Shown here: positions 40,640 through 49,878 of the stretch, piece after piece
Layout: every line of letters starts with the position of its first letter
How positions within the stretch are numbered: position 1 is the first letter of the stretch
Origin: a virus
Lineage: Duplodnaviria; Heunggongvirae; Uroviricota; Caudoviricetes
Strand: one strand, 5' to 3'
Virus record (IMG/VR): IMGVR_UViG_3300042519_000302
Length of the DNA: 64,000 bases
Position numbers and translations under genes: made by a program
Notes under the pieces: model-generated
What the model was told of the DNA's origin: nothing
The model's database searches: none
What the model saw: the letters and a program-made list of their open reading frames with translations, nothing else

Positions 40640-40690
40640 TTTTTAATAAAAATGCCAGAGGATTTGAGATATCCTCTCACCCTCTGGCAT
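40640..40690 (-). terminator. Intrinsic terminator after the 386-aa gene. It is a compound hairpin, with an outer stem gccagagg/cctctggc (40654-40661 / 40681-40688) and an inner stem agaggat/atcctct, followed on the minus strand by UUUUUAUU.
   Basis: I paired the stems by eye. The element is directly downstream of the stop at 40717. Confidence 0.55.
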
Positions 40691-40716
40691 AGGTTAATAT
40701 GATGCTACCTTTTTCC

Positions 40717-41877
40717 TTAAGGGATCAAAGTAGTTGTTGTTGAAGTGCTAGGCCATACAGTAGTTGTAGTACTAGTAGTAGTAAGACAAGCTGTGTCACC
40801 TGCAACAGTTCCTAAACCAGCTTCTAATATAGCTTCGATACCAGTTGTTTGGTTGTTAGGAACAGCAATGATTACAGTTGAATCTTCCATGATGTAATCA
40901 CCCCATTGGTAAGCACTCTTGTCATACTCATTGAATTTGATGTAATACAAATCATAGATTGTACCATCAGTTACCCAAGACTCAAAGTTCTCGTTGTAAC
41001 CATTCATTCTGTATAAATGCTTTAAGTAACCAGCTTGGTAGCTATAGAAGTTCTTTTCTAATTGTTGAACCTCAGCAGAAGTACCAGCAGGATAGTTAGA
41101 ACGTTGAGTGATTACAGGTTGAGCAACTCTGTTACAAGGATCGTCAACAATAAAGTCAGCAGTTGTAGCTGGACCAGAGAAGATGAAAGTTCTAAAGTAG
41201 AATCTGTCATACTCCCAAGGGAATGCAGCAACGTCACAAGGTTGTCCATAAGCAGTCAAAGGTTTACCAGTGATACGTAACAACGCAGATGAATCGTTAC
41301 CAATTCTTTGGAACTGATAGAACTGAGTCAAATAAATGTTGTCTGGGTTATCACCAGGTGCATGCTCCTCTAACTTGATGATTAATGAATCAATCAAAGC
41401 AGGAACATCAGTATCTGTACAAGGATCTCCACCACAATCACAACAAGGTGCATTAACAGTTACACTACGAGTGAAACCATTGAAGTACAATGTGTTTAAA
41501 TAGCTAGAGAAACCACGTAAAGTTAATGTAACAATTTCACCACATTTTACAGTGAAATCAACTACATCAGTTACTTGGTTTACAACAGTAGCACAGCCAT
41601 TAGACTTGTACCATTCAGTTACGTTTGTCTTACAAGAAGATCCACCAGGACATCCAGAGATTTTGTCTGAACGCTTAGAACCTTGTAAGTAGGTGTTTGT
41701 TCTACCTTGAGCTACATAAAAATAAGGGGCAGCAGCAATGTTACCAGCTGTGGCAACACTATAGTCATTTAGGAATATTCCTACTTGACCTGCTGTTAAA
41801 TTCTGTGTTGATCCAGAGCTAGGTAATGTATTTCCTACTGGTACAACAAAGAGGGTGGTTAGGGAAAAATCAGCCAT
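40717..41877 (-). CDS. 386-aa abundant-looking virion protein with a Cys-rich core and a C-terminal poly-Thr tail. Possibly a head-fibre, auxiliary capsid or tail-tube-type protein.
   Basis: It is followed by its own terminator, which suggests high expression. The C-terminus reads TTTSTTTTVWPSTSTTTTLIP. Confidence 0.45.
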   Translation of the reverse strand: MADFSLTTLFVVPVGNTLPSSGSTQNLTAGQVGIFLNDYSVATAGNIAAAPYFYVAQGRTNTYLQGSKRSDKISGCPGGSSCKTNVTEWYKSNGCATVVNQVTDVVDFTVKCGEIVTLTLRGFSSYLNTLYFNGFTRSVTVNAPCCDCGGDPCTDTDVPALIDSLIIKLEEHAPGDNPDNIYLTQFYQFQRIGNDSSALLRITGKPLTAYGQPCDVAAFPWEYDRFYFRTFIFSGPATTADFIVDDPCNRVAQPVITQRSNYPAGTSAEVQQLEKNFYSYQAGYLKHLYRMNGYNENFESWVTDGTIYDLYYIKFNEYDKSAYQWGDYIMEDSTVIIAVPNNQTTGIEAILEAGLGTVAGDTACLTTTSTTTTVWPSTSTTTTLIP

Positions 41878-41903
41878 TTTGCTTTATATTTAATTGTTAA
41901 AAA

Positions 41904-42635
41904 TTATTCGTTTGTTTGTATTCTATAAATTGAGCTTTGAACAGCACTTTGGTTTTCTGTATACATAGCCAAGTTTTGTACTGTCAGATCTAATAGTTCA
42001 TCTTCTAGGTATAGTTCAAGTTCACAATCCTGATCAAAAGATGGTAAGCCATCAAGCATGATATATCCTGTCTTATTTATATATTGAGGATATCTCATGT
42101 AAGACATATATATATCCTTAGGTGTAAATGTACCATCTGTAAATATGGAGATCTCATCAGAAGATATAAAGTTGAATGTCTCTTGGTATTCAAAAGAAGG
42201 TCTATAGTGAGTGTTGTTTAAGCAAAACTGTAAGTCACCATGCTTAGCAAGATCTCTATTAATCCAAACCTTTCTATCTATACATCTTCCTTTATCAGCT
42301 AATATATAACTATCTATATAGAACATGTACTGAGGTACAAGAAGATGGATATTTGCAAACCATTGATTTAGTTCAGCATTCTTCAATACTAGAGGAAGAG
42401 GTTGGTGGTTGTAGGGCTGTACAAGACTTTGTAAGTCTTCGTAACGCTTCTTAAACGCATCCATACCTAATCCAGAAACTGTACTAAACCCATCAACCTT
42501 TTGCTTTATAAGCTTAATTTGAGCTTCATTCAATGCTAAGATCTTATCTTCTACAGGAATCTCTTGATGCTCATTAGTGGATAGTTTATTTAGTTTCTGA
42601 TCAATCTTATATAATAAACTATCTACTGGGATCAT
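41904..42635 (-). CDS. 243-aa structural protein, function unknown.
   Basis: ORF in the operon. Confidence 0.45.
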   Translation of the reverse strand: MIPVDSLLYKIDQKLNKLSTNEHQEIPVEDKILALNEAQIKLIKQKVDGFSTVSGLGMDAFKKRYEDLQSLVQPYNHQPLPLVLKNAELNQWFANIHLLVPQYMFYIDSYILADKGRCIDRKVWINRDLAKHGDLQFCLNNTHYRPSFEYQETFNFISSDEISIFTDGTFTPKDIYMSYMRYPQYINKTGYIMLDGLPSFDQDCELELYLEDELLDLTVQNLAMYTENQSAVQSSIYRIQTNE

Positions 42636-43597
42636 ATTGCAGCTATTTTTTTACCTTTCAATTTACCTTCTAAAACTAACAATTGGTCTTGGTTATCTTC
42701 ATCTGCTAAGAACTTCACTAATTCATCCTCATCAGCAGCTATTTCAAATTCACCTTCATAGACTCTTCCATTAGGTCTAACTCTATAAACTGAATGAGCA
42801 ACAGCTTGTTTAACCAAGTCTTTAATATGGAGTAAGTTTTCTTTCATATCTGCAAATCTGTTGAATACCTCAATTGGATTCAAACCTTGATATTTGCCAT
42901 TCTTGAATTCAGTTTGTTTCAATATGTTATCCACTTGATTGTAAACTGATTCTTCTTTGGAATCATCTGATACTGGAAGACCAAGTAGACGAGCCACTTT
43001 CTTCTTCTTTTCAGGAGTCATACTATCAAACTTAACAATTGCTTTATTAATAAGTTGCTTCTTCTTAAACATTACCTTGTTCTCAATATCATCATCAGCA
43101 ACGTAGTACTGAATATCAGCAGGGAATTCACCACGCTCCCAAGCTTGGTAGCTAGAAGCAATTGTTGGATGAACTCTCAACCATGAGAATGCTAATTCTT
43201 GCAATGGCAATGTAAAGTCAAAATAGTTATCACCATCTAACAACTTAACTGGTTGAACGTGCAATGAATCATCAACAGAAGTTGATAAGCCATAATTCCA
43301 GAATGTAGAACGAGGACCTAAGTCAGCATTTAATGCTGCTTCAAGTTTTTCCTTTAACTCTGTTACTCTTTCAGTTTCTAATTCCCTTTCTAAAGGATCT
43401 TGGATTCTTCTAATGTAAGCAGCTTTAGGATCTAAGCCTGTTCTATACTGTCCATCTAACTCTTTGTAAGGATACTTAAATACACCTGTTCCAGGGATTC
43501 TTGTATAACCTTTCATAGCCAGTCCACCTTGCATTGTTTGCAATTGTGAGTTGTTGTACTCTTTCTTAATAGTAGAGATTTTTCCTATCTTACCCAT
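42632..43597 (-). CDS. 321-aa structural protein, function unknown.
   Basis: ORF immediately downstream of the capsid-gene terminator. Confidence 0.45.
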   Translation of the reverse strand: MGKIGKISTIKKEYNNSQLQTMQGGLAMKGYTRIPGTGVFKYPYKELDGQYRTGLDPKAAYIRRIQDPLERELETERVTELKEKLEAALNADLGPRSTFWNYGLSTSVDDSLHVQPVKLLDGDNYFDFTLPLQELAFSWLRVHPTIASSYQAWERGEFPADIQYYVADDDIENKVMFKKKQLINKAIVKFDSMTPEKKKKVARLLGLPVSDDSKEESVYNQVDNILKQTEFKNGKYQGLNPIEVFNRFADMKENLLHIKDLVKQAVAHSVYRVRPNGRVYEGEFEIAADEDELVKFLADEDNQDQLLVLEGKLKGKKIAAI

Positions 43598-43689
43598 ATG
43601 TAGTTAATTTTTGTTGGTTTATTTGCAGATGGTTCCCATCGAAGGGAACACTGTAAGGCATGGAGCCTGTACATGTCCATCTGTGTAAA

Positions 43690-43720
43690 GAAGACTCCCC
43701 CACTTGGAAGTGGGGGGGAA
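43690..43720 (-). terminator. GC-rich hairpin cccccact-tgga-agtggggg (43697-43716), flanked by U-rich tracts on both strands. Likely the terminator of the capsid gene.
   Basis: A perfect 8-bp stem in the 170-bp gap downstream of the stop at 43769. A further imperfect inverted repeat (cagatgg ... ccatctg with an inner gttccc/gggaac) lies at 43622-43680. Confidence 0.55.
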
Positions 43721-43768
43721 TTCTTCTTTGTATTTGTAGAGCGTAGTTCTAACCTTGCTCTAGGTTTT

Positions 43769-45322
43769 TTAGAATTGTGGTATTTCCTCAATCAAGACTG
43801 TACGAGACAAATCTTCAATGAACACATCACAACGATCTTTCATCCAAATCTCATATCCAGGGAATTTGTTCGCAGAACTCATACCTTGAGACTTAGCAAA
43901 GCCTAAGTGGTGACGAGTACCATCGATATAACCCCAAGTCATAGAAGGTGCACCCTTCATACGTACTTCACGAATATTGTTGATCATAGAACCATCAGAC
44001 ATTGGAGATACATCAAACACCATAAATACTGGAGTTGACTTCTTGTTTTGTCCAAATTCTAAGTTTGTTTGAGGTAAGTCTAATTCTTTCAAGTGAATTA
44101 ATTCAACACGACCAGTCTCACGAGTTACCATTGCATCGAATGCAAAGTTGTAAGTGATATGTTGACCTTCACCTTGCATGTATCTGTTACCAGAATCAGC
44201 CATGAAAGTAAGACCAGAATTCAAAGCATCTGTTTTTAAAGCTTGTTGGAATACATCAAAGCCAGCTTCATTAGTGTACATTTTAACACGTCTGTCTTTA
44301 ACATCCACACGTCTGTAGAATAAGTCACCAAATACAGAACGAATCAAGTTAGCTGTAAACTCACCACGATTGTATTGTACTAAGTTACCATTGTTACGCA
44401 TTCTGTGATATACACCAGCAGAAGTACGCTTTAATTCTTGCTTAGAACCATTAGTCTTCACAGTTCCAGGACGAGCCCAGATCATACGCTTAACTTTTAA
44501 TTCTAACATAGACTTACGCATCCAGAACTCAATAAATGGTTCCCACTTAACATCGTTACGAGTTAAAGGTAATTGGTTACGTCTTTGAGGAGCATATACT
44601 AAGATGTCTAAAGGTTTGCCAGAAGCATCTCTCATCATCTTGTCATCAGCCCACTCAGTAATTTTGTGCTCATAACCATATGCAGAACCTAAAGATTCAA
44701 ACATTGTGATTTGCTCACCCAAACGAGGAAGACCTAATAAGTCTTGATCGAACTCACCAATAGCAGCATCAACTAACTCTAATTCAACACCCACTTGCAA
44801 GAAGATAGGGCTTACGAAATCAACAGTTGGGTTGTCACTCACTAAAGTTACAGTGTATAAGTATCCAACATTCCAAGGAACTGGATCTTTTACTACGTAG
44901 AAACGTGGACCATATTGACGTGTACCAACAGATACAATTGCGTTCTTAGAAAATTCATTAGTGTCAACGATGATTTGAAACTCTTGTCCATCAATACCAG
45001 GCTTGTTTAATTCCTGTGTTGAAGTTGGAACGTCAATGATTTTTGGGAACTTGTAAGGTACTTGTACTTGCCATTTCCAAGCATCACTATTATTGTCGAT
45101 ATAGTAAGGTGTGCTCTTGTTAATCATATCCAAGAAGTCATTACTATAAAGAGAACTCTGAGTGTACAAGCTGATGATTTTTTTATCATAATCAGCAGGC
45201 TCAGTTGAGTGAAAGCTCTCTAGATGGTTCGAGTCAGTCAATTTACCTACTGCACGCTTGTCCATAGAAGCTACTCTAGCATAGGTAAAACCAGTTAAAC
45301 CTGGGATTGTTTGAATTGCCAT
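43769..45322 (-). CDS. 517-aa putative major capsid protein.
   Basis: Size and position match the MCP slot (scaffold-like gene upstream, strong terminator downstream). I made no motif-level confirmation. Confidence 0.5.
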   Translation of the reverse strand: MAIQTIPGLTGFTYARVASMDKRAVGKLTDSNHLESFHSTEPADYDKKIISLYTQSSLYSNDFLDMINKSTPYYIDNNSDAWKWQVQVPYKFPKIIDVPTSTQELNKPGIDGQEFQIIVDTNEFSKNAIVSVGTRQYGPRFYVVKDPVPWNVGYLYTVTLVSDNPTVDFVSPIFLQVGVELELVDAAIGEFDQDLLGLPRLGEQITMFESLGSAYGYEHKITEWADDKMMRDASGKPLDILVYAPQRRNQLPLTRNDVKWEPFIEFWMRKSMLELKVKRMIWARPGTVKTNGSKQELKRTSAGVYHRMRNNGNLVQYNRGEFTANLIRSVFGDLFYRRVDVKDRRVKMYTNEAGFDVFQQALKTDALNSGLTFMADSGNRYMQGEGQHITYNFAFDAMVTRETGRVELIHLKELDLPQTNLEFGQNKKSTPVFMVFDVSPMSDGSMINNIREVRMKGAPSMTWGYIDGTRHHLGFAKSQGMSSANKFPGYEIWMKDRCDVFIEDLSRTVLIEEIPQF

Positions 45323-45357
45323 TTTTATCCTTTTTTAATTTTTGTTATATAAATTGT

Positions 45358-46635
45358 TTATTGAAACCAAGAATTGGGTTTAGTTGATGGTTTAGATTTC
45401 ACTGAACTCTTCTGGGCTTGTCTGGCAACTTCACCAAATAATTCATTAGACTTTTTGGTGATACCTGTCTTTTGAATAGTAGATAATGTAGGATCTTTCT
45501 CCATTATCTTCATGATCAACGCAAGCTTTACTTTGGTTGCATGATTCTCAGGACGTTTCAGCTCCAGAATTGTACGATCAAAATCAGTGAGAGTCTCACC
45601 TGAATTTGTTTTATACTTATCTGTTACTAGGAAATCTTGTAGTTCACCAGCTAATTTAGGGTTAATTGGTATGCCATCAAATTCTTTAGCTTTAATCTTC
45701 TCTTGTAAAACGTTGTTTACATTTTGATGATATTGTTGCTTGATGGCTTGTTGCTGTTGTAATTGGACCTCTTTTTGTTGCTCCATTTGTTGAAGCTTTT
45801 GGCCTTCTTTCTTTATTAGGACTTTATGATGTTTAGTAGCAACACTTTCTAAATCACCATAGTTTTTTAATCTTTCTACTTCTGTTATAACATCTTCAGG
45901 CTCAAATCCTTGATCAGTCAAAGCTTGTTTAATAACAGCCACTTGATTGTTCTCTTGAGTTAAGTCCATTTCAGCAAAAGATTGTATTTGGCTAAATGCA
46001 CCAAAGTAATCTTTAGGATCAACTCCTTTTACAAATATGGCATCAAATGCTTTTTGATAATCTTCTCCAAACTGTCCAATGAAATTATCTACAATTTCAA
46101 TAGCTCCTTTTTTCTTTTCTGCTTGGAAGCGTTCTAAGAATGCTTCAGGAGTATCTATTGCAGTTTCTTCTTCTTCGTCTTCTTTAGAGAAAACACCTAG
46201 TTTGAAAAGGTCATTTGATAATGCAGTGAATTGACTCTCAGGAGCTCCTTCTTCATCATCATCATTATCTTTACTATCTTCTTGATTATCAGCAGGTTGC
46301 GTAGCTTTCTTAGCTGGTGCAGTTGCTGGTTCGTCATTATCTTCACCATCCTCGTCATCTTCACCATATAAGAAATCTTGAATCCCTTTAACAGGTTCGT
46401 CTTTCTTATCGTCTGCAGGTTCTGCAGGATCTGGGATAGCTTGTTGTTTAGAAGTAGTTTTCTTTGTTGGAGCAGGTGCAGGTTCATCTTTGATGTCATG
46501 AATGTCATCAGGATTAGATGTAGCACTTTCAGGAGACATTAAATCATTTAATAACTCTTGGTTACCCATACCCATGTCCATAGTATCTTGAATACTAAAG
46601 TTGCCTATTTGAGGCATATCTAGATTTTCAGCCAT
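45358..46635 (-). CDS. 425-aa highly acidic, low-complexity protein with a Q-rich coiled-coil C-terminus. Putative scaffolding protein.
   Basis: Composition is D/E-rich with a QQMEQQKEVQLQQQQ stretch, and it lies between the portal and capsid genes. Confidence 0.45.
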   Translation of the reverse strand: MAENLDMPQIGNFSIQDTMDMGMGNQELLNDLMSPESATSNPDDIHDIKDEPAPAPTKKTTSKQQAIPDPAEPADDKKDEPVKGIQDFLYGEDDEDGEDNDEPATAPAKKATQPADNQEDSKDNDDDEEGAPESQFTALSNDLFKLGVFSKEDEEEETAIDTPEAFLERFQAEKKKGAIEIVDNFIGQFGEDYQKAFDAIFVKGVDPKDYFGAFSQIQSFAEMDLTQENNQVAVIKQALTDQGFEPEDVITEVERLKNYGDLESVATKHHKVLIKKEGQKLQQMEQQKEVQLQQQQAIKQQYHQNVNNVLQEKIKAKEFDGIPINPKLAGELQDFLVTDKYKTNSGETLTDFDRTILELKRPENHATKVKLALIMKIMEKDPTLSTIQKTGITKKSNELFGEVARQAQKSSVKSKPSTKPNSWFQ

Positions 46636-46753
46636 ATGTAGTTGTATTTATTTGGTTTTCAATGTAAAAGTATATCAAGTTAAATTAACAGCAAAGAGAC
46701 TAGGCTCTATATAGGCTATTATTCAATATAATATAGCATTAATATTTTTTACT

Positions 46754-47284
46754 CTAATCTAATTTGTTAAGAAAATTGTCATTTATAAGCCTATAGCTTC
46801 TTATTGGAGCAAGATCTGTAAGCGTAACTTGTTGAACTTCAACTCCCCACTTACGTGCTTCCACCCTAACTTTCTTTGTCAAAATATTATCAAGTTCAGA
46901 ATCTGTACATTCTTCTAAGGTCATAGACATAATAATATTTTTTATAATACTTTGAGACATATCTGATAGGGCATCCTGTGCGTCATAGACTTCTAATAGG
47001 AATATCTTAACATCTGCTATCTTATATTTGACAAGTCCTTTAACTACAATGTTTTGCTTATCTTTAGTGTATAAGGATTGAGCATCAAGACTAAGTGTTG
47101 TAACTACTACATGCTGATCAATTGCCTCATCAAAGAAAGGTATCTTAAAATGTATACCTGGTAATAGCACTCGATTAAACTTTCCAAATCTAAGGAGTAC
47201 AGCTTGTTCATAGTCTCTGATAATGATGAATGGTAGAATATGATTCCACCATTCAATCAATACATCAATTAGTTTATCAAACAT
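46754..47284 (-). CDS. 176-aa SPFH/band-7 (stomatin/prohibitin/HflK-like) domain protein.
   Basis: I judged a close match to the SPFH core: ...IIRDYEQAVLLRFGKFNRVLLPGIHFKIPFFDEA ... TKDKQNIVVKGLVKYKI ... MTLEECT... The reference pattern is the band-7 consensus ...EYERGVIFRLGRF.RVL.PGLHFIIPFIDRV ... TKDNV.V.VDAVVYYRV. Confidence 0.7.
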   Translation of the reverse strand: MFDKLIDVLIEWWNHILPFIIIRDYEQAVLLRFGKFNRVLLPGIHFKIPFFDEAIDQHVVVTTLSLDAQSLYTKDKQNIVVKGLVKYKIADVKIFLLEVYDAQDALSDMSQSIIKNIIMSMTLEECTDSELDNILTKKVRVEARKWGVEVQQVTLTDLAPIRSYRLINDNFLNKLD

Positions 47285-47286
47285 TA

Positions 47287-49878
47287 TTATTTAGTTTTAG
47301 GCTTAGCCTTTGCTCTTCCTTTTGCGTTCTCTTTAGCAATTGCTAAATCATTTGTTTGGTTTTCTCTAGATACTTGTATCTTTTCTCTCTCAACTTGTAA
47401 CTTTTCAGAAGCAAGTCTGTTTTTACTTTGAGCATCTTGTAGCTTCATTCTATAGTCCATAGATGCTCCTTCTTTTTGCATTGCTATTTTTTCAATTTCT
47501 AATACATCAGGATCACCACTTGCATCAATGTCTGATAAAGGACCTGACTTAGATTCTGCTGCAATTAAAGCAATTTCCTTTTTATTAATTCTATCAAGTT
47601 CAGCATTATAGTTCTCATTAGCTACTTTTTCTGCTGCTTGTTGTTGAGTTGATTCAATTTGAGCTTGAGCTATTTGTTGTTGTTGTTGAAGTTCTTGTTG
47701 CTTTTGTTGCATTTGTTGATCCTGCAATTGTTCTTGTCTATCCTTAAGAGTCTTAAATACTCTCTTCATTTGTCTAATAGAGTTAGTACTGTAAAGCTCA
47801 ATTACATCATGTAAAGATCCACCATTTTGTATAACAGCTTGAGACAATCCTCTAATTTCATTAAACATTTGTTTATCTTCAGGTCTATTAGTCAAGTAAA
47901 CTTTTAAATCTCTGAATCTAAGATCTGTACCATTTACAGATACAAATGCAGACTCTCCTTCAGAAGTAATATAAGATATAGTAGACTGTGGTTTAGCACT
48001 CTCAACATATAGAGCTGCATCAATAACAGCTTGATATAACTGACCCATGATGTATTCATGAGCTACAAATAAAGGTTCTGTTTGAGCATAAGATTGTGTG
48101 ATGGCAGCTTGCGTACCTGTAGCTGATTCACTAGCTTGTACAGATCCAAGTCTTTGTCTAGACATACCTATAAGTTCCCAACATTCATTCTTTATTTGTT
48201 GAGCTAGAGTATATCTTGCTTGGATCTCCTGTGTACGTGTAAGGTCAAGACTTGTGAATTGATTGAAGCTAGATGGACTCTTTAAGTTCTCTGGACTATC
48301 ATCAATAAATACCACTCCTCTATTACGTGCTTCCATTTCCCAGATATCTAATGCATCTTGAGCATCACCATCCTTAGGAATAGGAATATGTCTGATAGAC
48401 ATTAACTGCACCTTACCCACTTCCTTCTCAAGTAACTTATACAATTGGTTCATACAAACATTGTATATAACTTGGAAAGGTTTCATCATATCTACTAAGC
48501 TCTTAGCCTCTGTATTCTTAACTTCAAACGTTTGACCAATGATTGGACAATAAGGTAATAACTTATAAGGTTTGATATGGTAGATATCTGGACCAATCTT
48601 AATACCTTGGTACCATTGGTTAATCCATCCCCACTCTAATGATTCTTGTGTAGGAATAGTTCCAGACTTATAATTCTCATCTACTAACATAGATTGCTCA
48701 TTACCCATCTCATCTGTATATATTACTTTACCTATCTTCTTTTTAGAAATCCAATACGCTCTTACCACTACATATTTGTAACCAAACGAAGATACATTAG
48801 ATGTAAGTCCTAAGAAGTCCTTAAGACCATCATTGTTCTCTTTCATTTCTGATTCAATAAGCATTCTAGTTTGTAAAACTAATGGATCAAATGTATCATA
48901 CTGGATAGAGTCGTTACCTGGAACAGCATTAGGATTACCTAAGTTAGATTCACGTACATTGATCAATCCATAGTCTTGTAATGAACTACGTAAGTGATCT
49001 ATTTCATCTTTAGTTAAATCTGGAATAGACTCAATGATTTCAGATAATTCTAACACTTGTACAGTACCAGCAGCATAAGCTCCTTGTGCACGTCCTGTAG
49101 TATCAGATATCCACTTTCTATCTGGAGTAGTTAAGAACCAAGTGTTTTTAGGATTGGCTACCTCTACATTAAATCCAAGCTTGGAGTTGTCCTCATAGAT
49201 ATGAAAGAACTCTCTAGCAGATATTAAAAGGTCTCTAAATGAATCTTCACCTTTTTCTTTAAGATTAAACTCCATCTTCTGAGCTGTAAGAATATGATTT
49301 GCCCACTTCTCTGCTGTAGATGTATAACTATCTAACTCATCCTTAACTTCATCTAAAGTCATTTGATTTATCTCCTCATCATCAAGTTCTTCTCCAGACA
49401 TAGCAGCATCTTCCATTATTTTCTGCTTAGCCTTATTAACAACATAATCATTTAATATCTGAGTCTTAAATTCTAACTCCTCAGATTTACTATCATCATC
49501 AAATGCTTTGACACGAAATGCATCAGGTCTTTTGCTGATCTCTCCTATTAATTCATTGATAGGAGTGGTCATTATAGAATAATGTTTTACATAAGCAGGA
49601 AGCTCAAGATCTGATGTAAGCACATCTGTAAAACTTCTAACTTCTGGTTCTACATAGAAATCTTCTCTTCTTAAAATACCTTTAATAAGGTCATAGTTTT
49701 TTACAAATGTATCTCTAGCTTTGACATACTCAGCATAAGCTTTGTTTGCAAAGTAGTCCATTGAATTCTTTATCCAGCTTTCATCCATCTTTTCCTTCTC
49801 AGTTTTAAACTGATCAGGGAAGATATTCAGATAAGCATATCTTATTGTTGCGTCTTTCGTGTACCTTATAATTGCCAT
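47287..49878 (-). CDS. 863-aa portal protein.
   Basis: Large ORF immediately downstream of the terminase with a TAATG overlap at 49878. It has a Q-rich coiled coil and a basic C-terminal tail, and its size fits crAss-like portals. Confidence 0.6.
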   Translation of the reverse strand: MAIIRYTKDATIRYAYLNIFPDQFKTEKEKMDESWIKNSMDYFANKAYAEYVKARDTFVKNYDLIKGILRREDFYVEPEVRSFTDVLTSDLELPAYVKHYSIMTTPINELIGEISKRPDAFRVKAFDDDSKSEELEFKTQILNDYVVNKAKQKIMEDAAMSGEELDDEEINQMTLDEVKDELDSYTSTAEKWANHILTAQKMEFNLKEKGEDSFRDLLISAREFFHIYEDNSKLGFNVEVANPKNTWFLTTPDRKWISDTTGRAQGAYAAGTVQVLELSEIIESIPDLTKDEIDHLRSSLQDYGLINVRESNLGNPNAVPGNDSIQYDTFDPLVLQTRMLIESEMKENNDGLKDFLGLTSNVSSFGYKYVVVRAYWISKKKIGKVIYTDEMGNEQSMLVDENYKSGTIPTQESLEWGWINQWYQGIKIGPDIYHIKPYKLLPYCPIIGQTFEVKNTEAKSLVDMMKPFQVIYNVCMNQLYKLLEKEVGKVQLMSIRHIPIPKDGDAQDALDIWEMEARNRGVVFIDDSPENLKSPSSFNQFTSLDLTRTQEIQARYTLAQQIKNECWELIGMSRQRLGSVQASESATGTQAAITQSYAQTEPLFVAHEYIMGQLYQAVIDAALYVESAKPQSTISYITSEGESAFVSVNGTDLRFRDLKVYLTNRPEDKQMFNEIRGLSQAVIQNGGSLHDVIELYSTNSIRQMKRVFKTLKDRQEQLQDQQMQQKQQELQQQQQIAQAQIESTQQQAAEKVANENYNAELDRINKKEIALIAAESKSGPLSDIDASGDPDVLEIEKIAMQKEGASMDYRMKLQDAQSKNRLASEKLQVEREKIQVSRENQTNDLAIAKENAKGRAKAKPKTK

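Noticed and set aside
43620-43720. Possible tRNA in the structured spacer.
   Set aside because: I could not construct a cloverleaf. There is no matching anticodon-stem complement and no T-loop GTTCRA-type motif, and no CCA context.
43585-43791. 68-aa minus-strand ORF and 77-aa plus-strand ORF (43673-43906) across the capsid-gene terminator spacer.
   Set aside because: They span the hairpin terminator and overlap the end of the capsid gene. They are low-complexity and probably spurious.
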